Shown here in pieces: positions 8,567 to 16,621 of a stretch of DNA of 64,000 bases. The position numbers were made by a program, and so were the translations under genes. Location of the stretch: positions 15,995 through 79,994 of the forward strand of contig CAYZMM010000017.1 in the NCBI GenBank assembly GCA_964479535.1, written 5' to 3'. The notes under the pieces are model-generated. The model ran no database searches, had not been told where the DNA came from, and saw only the letters and a list, made by a program, of their open reading frames with translations. Every line of letters begins with the position of its first letter. Position 1 is the stretch's first letter. The stretch comes from an uncultured Thermodesulfobacteriota bacterium (GTDB taxonomy: Bacteria > Desulfobacterota > DSWW01).

Positions 8567-8586
8567 CCTTTACACTCTGGCAAAGG
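8567..8586. promoter_or_regulatory. Candidate activator-binding site D: ccTTTACActcTGGCAAagg
   Basis: Left half is perfect; right half matches 4/6. Centre lies ~117 bp upstream of the -24 GG of the 8446-8461 promoter. Confidence 0.4.
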
Positions 8587-8694
8587 AAACAAGGCCGCCT
8601 CGAGGAGAGAGTTTGCCACGCCCTGTCCCTTCATGGCATAACCTTCTGATTCGTGTCTCATGGCCTTTCGTACCGGCTTTTCACGGGAGTGGAG

Positions 8695-9759
8695 ATGGAG
8701 GCTTCGTTCTTACACTGGATCTTGGACGAGCATGCCCTGGCCGAGCTGGTGGCAGGGGTGCCGACCCTGGGGCTGGTCCTGCTGATCGTCGTATCCATTC
8801 TGGTTCTGTCCAGGGGCGCGGACTGGATGATCGAGGGCGCCGTGCACCTCGCCCGCCGGACCGGGCTTCCGAAGATCGTGATCGGCGCCACGATCATCTC
8901 CCTGGGGACGACCACGCCGGAGGCCTTCGTTTCGGTCATGGCCGCCTGGATGGGCAACCCCGGCCTTGCCCTCGGCAACGGTGTGGGGTCCATCATCTGC
9001 GACACGGGCCTGATCTTCGGTCTGACCTGCCTCCTGGCAACGGTCCCGGTGAACCGTTACATCCTGAACCGCACCGGATGGGTCCAGGTAGGATCCGCCA
9101 CACTTCTGGTGGCCGTCTCCCTGGTCGCACTCGCCATGGCACCGGATCGGCCAACGCTCCAACGATGGGTCGGGTTCTTCTTCCTCTTCCTTCTGTGCGT
9201 CTACATGTACATCACCTACTCGTGGGCGCGAAGCGGGGCAGAGGCGGCTTCCGGAGCGGAAATCGCCGAGGAGGAGGGAATCGCCCCCATGTGGAAAGCC
9301 CTGACCCAGGTCCTGGGGGGACTCCTCCTGGTCGTGGCGGCTGCACGGGTCCTGATACCGAGTGCGGCCGAGCTGGCGGGCCGAATGGGCGTGCCGGAAG
9401 ACGTCATCGCGGCCACCATGGTCGCCTTCGGCACCTCCCTGCCCGAGCTGATGACCGCCGTCACCGCGGTCCGGAAGGGGCATCCGGAAATCACGGTGGG
9501 CAACATCGTGGGGGCGGACGTCCTGAACTGCCTCTTCGTCATCGGCGCTTCCGCCGCCGCACGGCCGCTGGAAATCCCGGCCAACTTCTTCCTCTTCCAT
9601 TTCCCGGCCATGCTGATCATTCTCTACTCGTTCCGGGCCTTCATCACCATGAACCGGGACGGCCTCTTCAAGCGCTGGCAGGGCGCCTGGCTCCTCGGCA
9701 TCTACCTGGTCTATCTGGCACTGCAGTACGGGTTCAACATCGGAAGGGAACCTGGATAA
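8695..9759 (+). CDS. Sodium/calcium antiporter (CaCA / YrbG family)
   Basis: Two alpha-repeats (GATIISLGTTTPE and ATMVAFGTSLPE) in a polytopic membrane protein. Confidence 0.9.
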   Translation: MEASFLHWILDEHALAELVAGVPTLGLVLLIVVSILVLSRGADWMIEGAVHLARRTGLPKIVIGATIISLGTTTPEAFVSVMAAWMGNPGLALGNGVGSIICDTGLIFGLTCLLATVPVNRYILNRTGWVQVGSATLLVAVSLVALAMAPDRPTLQRWVGFFFLFLLCVYMYITYSWARSGAEAASGAEIAEEEGIAPMWKALTQVLGGLLLVVAAARVLIPSAAELAGRMGVPEDVIAATMVAFGTSLPELMTAVTAVRKGHPEITVGNIVGADVLNCLFVIGASAAARPLEIPANFFLFHFPAMLIILYSFRAFITMNRDGLFKRWQGAWLLGIYLVYLALQYGFNIGREPG

Positions 9760-9770
9760 GGCGGAAGCCT

Positions 9771-10412
9771 TCAGGCCGGCCCGGGCTTTCTCCCACGAAC
9801 GACAACGAACGATCCCTTCCAATGGCCCGGCTCCACCGGGTCGGCTTTCTTCATCTCGCCGGGATGACCGAAGAGCGTCTGCCGGAAACGGAACTCGCCG
9901 AACCCTGCCTGGGAGAGAAAGAAGACCACCTCGTCGGTGGAGAAAAAGGTCGCCTCCCGATAGAACACGCTGTCGGACTTGAGCTTCTCATAGGCCTGTC
10001 CGAGCGGGCTGACACGGTCGATGAACCCGATCAGGATGTGCCCTCCCGGCCGCAGCACGCGATGGGCCTCCCGAAAGGCGAGATAAACGTCATCCAGAAA
10101 ACAGACCGCCACGACCATCAGAAGGTAGTCGAAGCTTCCGTCCTCGCAGGGAAGCGCCTCGGCGGTGCCGGACAGCACCTCCACGCCCCTTTCCCGGGCC
10201 ACTCGGCCCATGGCCCTTGCGGGCTCGACGCCCACGGGCACCCCCAGGGGTCCGGCAAAGCGTCCCGTGCCTACCCCGACCTCCAGCCCCCTCTCCTCTT
10301 CCGGGAGCAGTGCCCGGACCGCCTCCAGCTCCGACGCATAGGCAAACGGGTAGCGGCTGAACCATTCCTCGTAGCGCTCCACATTCTCTTCGAAAGGTCG
10401 GATCCTGGGCAT
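9771..10412 (-). CDS. Class I SAM-dependent methyltransferase
   Basis: LEVGVGTGRF motif I and a LRPGGHILI post-motif. Confidence 0.85.
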   Translation of the reverse strand: MPRIRPFEENVERYEEWFSRYPFAYASELEAVRALLPEEERGLEVGVGTGRFAGPLGVPVGVEPARAMGRVARERGVEVLSGTAEALPCEDGSFDYLLMVVAVCFLDDVYLAFREAHRVLRPGGHILIGFIDRVSPLGQAYEKLKSDSVFYREATFFSTDEVVFFLSQAGFGEFRFRQTLFGHPGEMKKADPVEPGHWKGSFVVVRGRKPGPA

Positions 10413-10419
10413 GAGATCC

Positions 10420-10695
10420 TCAGTAGAGCCTCAGGAAGGCCTTCAGTTCCTTCGTGGTGATTTCCGAGCCGGGCTTGTCCTTGTGCCGAATCAGGATCTT
10501 CTTCATCTCGGCGTTCGTCCTGGTCCTGTGGGCCTCTTCCACCAGGGTAAGATCATGGCAGTGAGTGCACTTCTTCTCGAAGGGCTCCCCGTTCGGGTCC
10601 GGCTTCGTTTCGCCCTTTTCCGGGGCACCCTTCGCCGGCGAAGAAAGGCACACAAGTGCGGCCACCGCAAGAAGGCCGTGAGGAATGTGTTTCAT
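10420..10695 (-). CDS. Small secreted monoheme cytochrome c-like protein (91 aa)
   Basis: Signal peptide MKHIPHGLLAVAALVCLSSPAKG, a single CTHCH haem motif, and RBS AAGGGGGAG. The rest of the 218-aa tracked ORF is probably not coding. Confidence 0.6.
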   Translation of the reverse strand: MKHIPHGLLAVAALVCLSSPAKGAPEKGETKPDPNGEPFEKKCTHCHDLTLVEEAHRTRTNAEMKKILIRHKDKPGSEITTKELKAFLRLY

Positions 10696-10732
10696 GGCTC
10701 TCCCCCTTTGATCCGTATGACAGCTCTGTCCC

Positions 10733-10748
10733 TGCCAGATCCATGCCA
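10733..10748 (-). promoter_or_regulatory. Sigma-54-like promoter TGGCATGGATCTGGCA (minus strand)
   Basis: GG-N10-GC spacing is kept. The -12 element is TGGCA rather than TTGCA. Lies ~40 nt upstream of the cytochrome ATG. Confidence 0.4.
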
Positions 10749-10828
10749 CCCTGCTCGGGGGCCTCAAAAAATGCATTCTGCAACAAATCATCCTCCATTC
10801 CGATGCAATATGCATGCAGGCACGGGGA

Positions 10829-10844
10829 GTTCCGGTTCCGGAAC
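10829..10844. promoter_or_regulatory. Perfect palindrome GTTCCGG-TT-CCGGAAC in a divergent intergenic region
   Basis: Lies between the two sigma-54-like motifs at 10733 and 10894. Candidate regulator site. Confidence 0.35.
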
Positions 10845-10893
10845 GGCATCCTAACTCACCGGGATGGATGACCTTCTCCAGCACAGCCGGACT

Positions 10894-10909
10894 TGGCACA
10901 AGCCTTGAT
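10894..10909 (+). promoter_or_regulatory. Weak sigma-54-like motif TGGCACAAGCCTTGAT
   Basis: The -24 element is perfect, but -12 reads TTGA (GC replaced by GA). Lies ~100 nt upstream of the DUF169 gene. Confidence 0.25.
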
Positions 10910-11005
10910 AGATACCCGCCCAGAGGCCTGCTCGCCTGCAGAGACCGAAACAGGCGCATATCCCGGTGTCCCGTCCCGGAAGGGGTATTGCAAGGGGAGG
11001 TGAAC

Positions 11006-11608
11006 ATGGATGCAGTGAAAAGGCTCGAAGACTCGGTCGGTGGCGTCTGGCACGGCGTCTCGTTCCATGACCGCATGCCGGAATGCCCGCCCGGGACCTA
11101 CAATGCGAAGGGGGTTCGTTTTTGCGAGGCCATCGTCGTCGCCAGGGTGCACAAGGTGCTGATCGATCCGAACCATCTCACCTGCCCGGGTGCGATGTTC
11201 GCCTTCGGGTACGGGGAGAACGGCAAAGGGGAGATGGTGCGGAAGCTGCGCGAAAAGGGCTACTCCGAAGATCTTGTCGAAAGGATCATGAAGGATACGC
11301 CTCGCCTCGAGCAGCCGCCGGCAGCGATCGGTCTGGACATGGGAACCCCGCCGGACATCGTCATGGCCGCCCTGCTCCCCCAGCAAGCCATGCGCTTGAC
11401 CCAGCTTTGCGAGAAGACCGGCATCCACCCTCTCTCTGTCGTTCTTTCCAGCGTGATGTCGATCTGTGCCAACATAGCGGTCAGGGCGCTGCAAGCGGAC
11501 GGCCTGGCCCTTTCCTTCGGGTGTGACGACGCAAGGACCTTTGGGGGGATTCCCCGGGAGCGCCTTGTTGCAGGGATGCCCTACGACATGGCCCGGGCCC
11601 TGGTCTGA
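11006..11608 (+). CDS. DUF169 family protein
   Basis: The FCEAI...CPGAMFAFGYG and SICANIAV pattern resembles DUF169. RBS AAGGGGAGG before the ATG at 11006. Confidence 0.7.
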   Translation: MDAVKRLEDSVGGVWHGVSFHDRMPECPPGTYNAKGVRFCEAIVVARVHKVLIDPNHLTCPGAMFAFGYGENGKGEMVRKLREKGYSEDLVERIMKDTPRLEQPPAAIGLDMGTPPDIVMAALLPQQAMRLTQLCEKTGIHPLSVVLSSVMSICANIAVRALQADGLALSFGCDDARTFGGIPRERLVAGMPYDMARALV

Positions 11609-11639
11609 AGAAACGGGCCGGGCGACAAAGGAGAGGAAC

Positions 11640-12020
11640 GTGAATCGAATCGGCATCATTCGGTGCGAAAAGAACATGGACCGGTGCCCCCTCACCAACT
11701 GCCTGCGGTGCCTGGACGAGCGAAAGGAGGGCTTTGCCGGCTACGAAACCTGTCAGCTGACGGGCCTGTTCGTGTGCCGTTGTCCCGGCGAGAACGCCCC
11801 CGATCTCGCAAAGATCCTCAAGGCGAAGGGCGCGGAGACGATCCATTTCTGCACCTGCGCCTTCGCAGGCAAGGGGGAGGCGGGATGGTCCCTGCAAAGG
11901 GAAGGCCTCTGCGATCACGTGGACCGCATCATCGAGCAGGTCCACGAGGAGGCAGGCATACGTTGCGTGAAGGGCACCGCACACCTCCCGAAGGACTATG
12001 AACTCAAGATCTGGGCCTGA
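11640..12020 (+). CDS. CGGC domain protein
   Basis: GTG start after AAGGAGAGG. RIGIIRCEKNMDRCPLTNCLRC...CRCPGE...FCTCAF cysteine pattern. Confidence 0.7.
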   Translation: MNRIGIIRCEKNMDRCPLTNCLRCLDERKEGFAGYETCQLTGLFVCRCPGENAPDLAKILKAKGAETIHFCTCAFAGKGEAGWSLQREGLCDHVDRIIEQVHEEAGIRCVKGTAHLPKDYELKIWA

Positions 12021-12124
12021 CCGGGCGGCGCAGGCCGCAGTGCCGGAGTCCGCAAAGGGTGCTGCGCGGTTGCGCCGTCTTTTGACAAGAGGGCCGGGAA
12101 TGAATTATTCTAGAGGATTCCTGA

Positions 12125-12331
12125 ATGACGAGGTGTCCTCCCATGGGTTTGATCATGACAACGAGCAATTACTGCTTCGTGCAGTGCGACGGGCCCCGAT
12201 GCAACAAGAAGATCGAGAATGTGGACAAGAAGGCGTTGCTGCGTCTGGTCAAGCTCTGCGGGTGGGAGGAGAGGGGCGACCTATGGTTCTGCGAGGACTG
12301 TGCGAAAGGTGTGGATCACCCGCCCTCCTGA
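12125..12331 (+). CDS. Small cysteine-rich (zinc-ribbon-like) hypothetical protein
   Basis: CFVQCDGPRC...FCEDC. The 3' end overlaps the convergent AcnX small subunit by 16 nt. Confidence 0.4.
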   Translation: MTRCPPMGLIMTTSNYCFVQCDGPRCNKKIENVDKKALLRLVKLCGWEERGDLWFCEDCAKGVDHPPS

Positions 12332-12753
12332 CCCTCACACCTTTCTCTTCCGCCGCCGCCACGTTCCGTTACCTCCACCCTGCCGTTGTCGGCATCCACC
12401 AGGAGTTCCACACCCTCCGGGATCCGATCGATGTCGATCCGGTCGATGCACGGGATCTCCGCGATGATCGCACCGACGGCAACGATCGTCTCACACTCCC
12501 GGTTCAGAATCGCCACGGGCGCGGTGCCGGTCTTCTTCATCCTGTAAAGAGTGTAACTGCCGACGGTCGAGCCCTTTCCCCGAGGGAAGACCAGGACCGC
12601 TCCGCTCACGCTTCTGCCCTGCAGCGGGTGGCCCTCCTCCTCGACGATGCCCGTGTCCGGATCGACGCCCCCGAAAAAGGAGATGCCCTCGCCGGACACG
12701 AGGGCCCTGCCCCTCGCCCTGCCTCCGAAGATCTTCCTTCCCTGCAGATTCAT
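12316..12753 (-). CDS. Aconitase X swivel-domain subunit (DUF126, AcnX small subunit)
   Basis: GRALVSGEGISFFGGVDPDTG...LVFPRGKGSTVGSYTLY is the DUF126 signature. Starts 1 nt after the large-subunit stop. Confidence 0.85.
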   Translation of the reverse strand: MNLQGRKIFGGRARGRALVSGEGISFFGGVDPDTGIVEEEGHPLQGRSVSGAVLVFPRGKGSTVGSYTLYRMKKTGTAPVAILNRECETIVAVGAIIAEIPCIDRIDIDRIPEGVELLVDADNGRVEVTERGGGGRERCEGQEGG

Positions 12754-12754
12754 T

Positions 12755-13930
12755 TCAGGGCCTCACGGCGATCTCGATGAGCTTCTCCAGGGGCGCAAAG
12801 ACGGTCCTGAACCGGTTCTTCGCCCTCCCGTAGAAGACCGCCTTCGCGGAGTTCGTGGCCATGCAGCGGAACCGCCCCCGGATGGGCGCAACGACGAAGC
12901 ACGTATCTGCAGCCAGTTTCGCGCCGCTCTCCCGAATCGTGGCGACGAGCCCCTCCCCCTCTGCAGCCTCCTTCACCTGCCTTGCCACGGCAATCCAGGT
13001 CTCCTTGCAGACCCGTCTCCCTTCCAGCAGCCTGGCGATCGTTCGCAGCTCTTCCAGGGAGCAGTGGGGGCATCCCACCGCGACGAAGTCCACCTCCTCG
13101 TCGTCGATCATCTCCTCTTTCGCCCGCTCCATCTCTTCGCCGCCGACGGTCGTTCTCTCGGCGGGTTCTTTCGCCTTCCCGGGGGAAACGCCGGGGGCGT
13201 GGAACATGGCGGTTCCGCCGTAGGTCGCAATGGACGCGCAGAGGCTCTTCAACTCGTCCACGTTCGCATGATCCAGGCCGTGGATCGACGGCACCCGGTT
13301 CCCGAGCCTCTCGCCCACGACCTTGCCCAGGGCGCCGTAGTCGGTGGTATCGTGGAGGGGCGCACACACCTCGACAGCTACCGTCGGCTGCCGGTTCGCA
13401 TCCAGATGCAGGCCGTAAGCAGCCGTCTTGCCCGTGAGCGCGGCGGCAAGTGCGCTCGGACCGCCTTCCCTGTTCGTCCTGGCTCCGAGCACGGAGTTCG
13501 CGTAGCAAACGGCCGAGCTCTCGCTCCAGGCGATCGTGTCCCCGGAGGCGGGCTCGTTGCCGACGAAGTAGGGGGTGCAGGTACAGCTCGTCACCACCCC
13601 CATGCGGGCGAAGGCCTCGACCACCCGCTGCTGTTTTTCGGCGAAGGCCTCGCTGATCCCCAGATCCCGCCAGTCGAGCAGATCCATGCCCGCGGGGTTC
13701 AGCGTCGCGGGCACCCTGGCCCGTCCGTCTTCGGCCATCTCCTGGAGAAAGGCAAGCCCGGCTTCTCCCAGGTTGTCGTAGCTCACACCCGCGATCTGGA
13801 CGCTCTTCACCTCGATGAGTCTCGCCGCCTCGTAGATTTCGCCGAGGGCCGCGAGGATCTCCATCGCCTTCTTCGCGGCACGGCCTTCCTGCCCGTTCAG
13901 GATCGCCTCTTCCTCTTCCGTCAGACGCAT
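12755..13930 (-). CDS. Aconitase X catalytic subunit (DUF521, AcnX large subunit)
   Basis: MRLTEEEEAILNGQEG...SCTCTPY...WSESSAVCYANSVLGARTNREG is the DUF521 signature, with the Fe-S ligand region. Confidence 0.9.
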   Translation of the reverse strand: MRLTEEEEAILNGQEGRAAKKAMEILAALGEIYEAARLIEVKSVQIAGVSYDNLGEAGLAFLQEMAEDGRARVPATLNPAGMDLLDWRDLGISEAFAEKQQRVVEAFARMGVVTSCTCTPYFVGNEPASGDTIAWSESSAVCYANSVLGARTNREGGPSALAAALTGKTAAYGLHLDANRQPTVAVEVCAPLHDTTDYGALGKVVGERLGNRVPSIHGLDHANVDELKSLCASIATYGGTAMFHAPGVSPGKAKEPAERTTVGGEEMERAKEEMIDDEEVDFVAVGCPHCSLEELRTIARLLEGRRVCKETWIAVARQVKEAAEGEGLVATIRESGAKLAADTCFVVAPIRGRFRCMATNSAKAVFYGRAKNRFRTVFAPLEKLIEIAVRP

Positions 13931-13957
13931 CCGTTCGCCTTCCCGCGGCCAGCCTGT

Positions 13958-15274
13958 CTATCCATCGAGCAGCTTCTTCAGATCGATGTCCGGGAACTTC
14001 GCCCGCTCGAAATGCCTCGCCCTTTCACCGAGCGGTTTGGTGCAGTCGAAGCCGCACTTCGCCGTGAAATTCGTTTCCGGATCGGCGCTCGGGTCCAAGC
14101 TGCTCCCCTTCTCCCGGTCCTTGACCACCAGGCCGACATCCCCCTGGAATCGGGTGGCCATGGCCCACTCCACCTGGTAGGGGTCGTAGATGTCCACGTC
14201 GCGGTCCACGACGAAGACGTGCTTGCAGCTCCCATGCCCGCGGAACCCGGCCTCGATCGCCTTCTTCCCGTCCTCTTCCCCCTTCTTGTCGATCTTGATG
14301 ACGGCGTGCAGCCAGCTGCACCCGCCCGGATTCACGTTCACGTCCAGGCAGGTCACGCCCGCGCCGTTCACCTCACGATAGATCGTCGGCTCGCGGGGCA
14401 TGCCCATCAGCATCTGGTGCTCGCGCCTTCCGGGAAGCAGTGCCTGCCAGAGGGCGTCTCTTCTATGGGTGATGCAGGTAACATGGAAGACCGGCTCTTG
14501 CCTCACGATGTCGTAGGTGTCGGTCAGATCGACGAAGGGGCCCTCCGCTGCCCTTTCCGCGAGCGTCATCACACCCTCCAGGACGAATTCGCAGTCGGCC
14601 GGGATCATGCCCTCGAAGGTCTTCGGCTTCGTCACCTTGAGAGGCTCGAGGGCATTCGCAATCGTAAGCTCGTTGACGCCCAGGGGCACCGAGGTGGCTG
14701 CAGCCAGGAGAACGTTCGGAGCATTTCCGACGCAGACGGCGACGGGAAGCGTCTTGTCCCGGTTCAGGAGCGCATCGAAATCCCTCTGCTTCACGACGCG
14801 CACGCTGAACCGGTCCCTGCCGACCTGCATGGCCCGGTGAAAATCCACGTTCTGAAGGCCCGTCACGCTCTTCGTGACGAAGACCCCGCTGGTGATGTAC
14901 CTTCCACCATCCTCCTCACAATGAAAGAGAATCGGAAGCCGGTCCAGGTCCACCTCCGATTCCACCACCTCCTGGCAGGAGGCCTGCTCGACCTCTTCCG
15001 GTTCCGTCGGGTGCTCGATGGCGTGGACGATCTTCGGGATCAGCTCGTGCGGCTCGATACCGAAGTAGTCTGCGAACTGCTGTTTCGCGCCGAAGAGGTT
15101 ACCCACCACCCGGAATGCAGACCCTTCCACCTCCTCGAACAGGACCGGCCTCCCCTCCAGCGCATTCAGGACCGCCGCGGCCTCCAGATGCCGGCTGACC
15201 GTCTTTCGCACGGAAACAAGCCGCCCCGCAATTCGCAGTGCCTCGATGAAACGTCTGAGTCCCATTGCCTTCAC
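13958..15274 (-). CDS. UbiD family (prenyl-FMN dependent) decarboxylase
   Basis: UbiD-like over its full length (NLFGAKQ..., GRYITSGVFVTK, GPFVDLTDTYD, VFVVDRDVDIYDPYQVEWAMATR). An ATG at 15265 is an alternative to the GTG at 15274. Confidence 0.9.
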   Translation of the reverse strand: MKAMGLRRFIEALRIAGRLVSVRKTVSRHLEAAAVLNALEGRPVLFEEVEGSAFRVVGNLFGAKQQFADYFGIEPHELIPKIVHAIEHPTEPEEVEQASCQEVVESEVDLDRLPILFHCEEDGGRYITSGVFVTKSVTGLQNVDFHRAMQVGRDRFSVRVVKQRDFDALLNRDKTLPVAVCVGNAPNVLLAAATSVPLGVNELTIANALEPLKVTKPKTFEGMIPADCEFVLEGVMTLAERAAEGPFVDLTDTYDIVRQEPVFHVTCITHRRDALWQALLPGRREHQMLMGMPREPTIYREVNGAGVTCLDVNVNPGGCSWLHAVIKIDKKGEEDGKKAIEAGFRGHGSCKHVFVVDRDVDIYDPYQVEWAMATRFQGDVGLVVKDREKGSSLDPSADPETNFTAKCGFDCTKPLGERARHFERAKFPDIDLKKLLDG

Positions 15275-15384
15275 CCGTCCGATGACATACCATTGAAAGG
15301 CCCAGCCAGAGTATAAGAGCGCTTCCGAGGGGTCAAGCAGACGCAGAAGCTTCCATGATCGAGCGGACGGAGAGGAAGTAGAGG

Positions 15385-16608
15385 ATGATCGACGTAGGTG
15401 TGAGCGACATCGCCGTCTACATTCCCCAGTTCTATCTTCCCCACGATGAACTGGCCCTGGCGCGAGGGGTCCCTCCGGAGAAATTCCGCGAAGGTCTCGG
15501 CAACCACAAGATGTCCATCCTCCCGAACTGGGAGGACGCGGTGACCATGGCGGCGAATGCCGCTGCGCAGCTTCTCGAGAAGACGGGGACGAACCCCCAG
15601 GAGATTCATCAACTCGTGGTCAGCACGGAAAGCGGTGTGGACCATTCGAAACCGGTGGCCAGCTTCGTCCAGGGGCTGCTCAACATCGGCTCCCGGTGCC
15701 GTATCTACGAGATCAAGCACGCCTGCTACGGCGGCACGGCCGGCATCGTGACCTCCATCGACTGGATCGCCAGAAACTACGGAAACTCCAAGAAGGCCCT
15801 GGTGATCATGACCGACATGGCGCGGTACGGTTTCGGCTCGGCGGGCGAGCCCACGCAGGGGGCCGGGGCCGTCGCCCTTCTCATGGAGCAGAACCCCCGG
15901 CTCCTCTCGGTCGACACCCGGATGAACGGCATCTTCTCCAAAGACGTGTTCGACTTCTGGCGCCCCACCGGACACCGGGTTCCGGTGGTGGACGGAAAGT
16001 ACTCGGTCGCCTGCTATCTGGAGGCGATGGAGGAAGCGGTCTCCCACTTCCGTTCCAATCTGGGCATCCCCAGGGGAAAGCTCTTCGAGCATCTCGACTA
16101 CATCCTCTACCACATGCCCTTCACCGGCATGGCGAGAAAGGCACACCGTCATCTCGTCGATACGGAACACGTGGACCTCGACAAGGAATCCCGAGAGGGC
16201 CTCTACACGGAGAGCTTCCGGGCAAAAGTGGAGCCCGGGCTGCTGGGCGCCAGAGAGGTGGGCAACATCTACACCGGGTCGGTTTACATGGGCCTGGCCA
16301 GTCTGCTCGAGACGGAGCGGAATCGTGTGGAAGGCAAACGGGTAGGCGTCTTCAGCTACGGGAGCGGCTGCGGGGCGGAGTTCTTCGTCTGCGAGATGAA
16401 GACCGGCATCGGCAAGATCGTCCGGGGCATGCGTTTCCGTGAGCAGCTGGACCGGAGAAAGGCGATCACCTTCGAACAGTATGTCCAGTGGTATTCAAGA
16501 ACCGGCGCGGAGACCCTCTACCATCGGGCGGAGGTGGAAGCCCACAAGGACCCCTTCACCCGGTTCACCTTCATCGGGTTCAAGGACCACAAGCGCCAGT
16601 ACGTTTAG
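15385..16608 (+). CDS. mvaS: Hydroxymethylglutaryl-CoA synthase
   Basis: STESGVDHSKP, EIKHACYGGTAG (catalytic Cys), GEPTQGAGAVALL and DFWRPTGH..PVVDG are colinear with bacterial MvaS. Confidence 0.95.
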   Translation: MIDVGVSDIAVYIPQFYLPHDELALARGVPPEKFREGLGNHKMSILPNWEDAVTMAANAAAQLLEKTGTNPQEIHQLVVSTESGVDHSKPVASFVQGLLNIGSRCRIYEIKHACYGGTAGIVTSIDWIARNYGNSKKALVIMTDMARYGFGSAGEPTQGAGAVALLMEQNPRLLSVDTRMNGIFSKDVFDFWRPTGHRVPVVDGKYSVACYLEAMEEAVSHFRSNLGIPRGKLFEHLDYILYHMPFTGMARKAHRHLVDTEHVDLDKESREGLYTESFRAKVEPGLLGAREVGNIYTGSVYMGLASLLETERNRVEGKRVGVFSYGSGCGAEFFVCEMKTGIGKIVRGMRFREQLDRRKAITFEQYVQWYSRTGAETLYHRAEVEAHKDPFTRFTFIGFKDHKRQYV

Positions 16609-16621
16609 GAGAGGCGATTCC

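Noticed and set aside
8562-10460. 632-aa plus-strand ORF
   Set aside because: It is out of frame with the antiporter and antisense to the methyltransferase, and it is low-complexity Arg/Gly/Pro-rich.
12647-15316. 889-aa plus-strand ORF
   Set aside because: It is the antisense shadow of the AcnX and UbiD genes.
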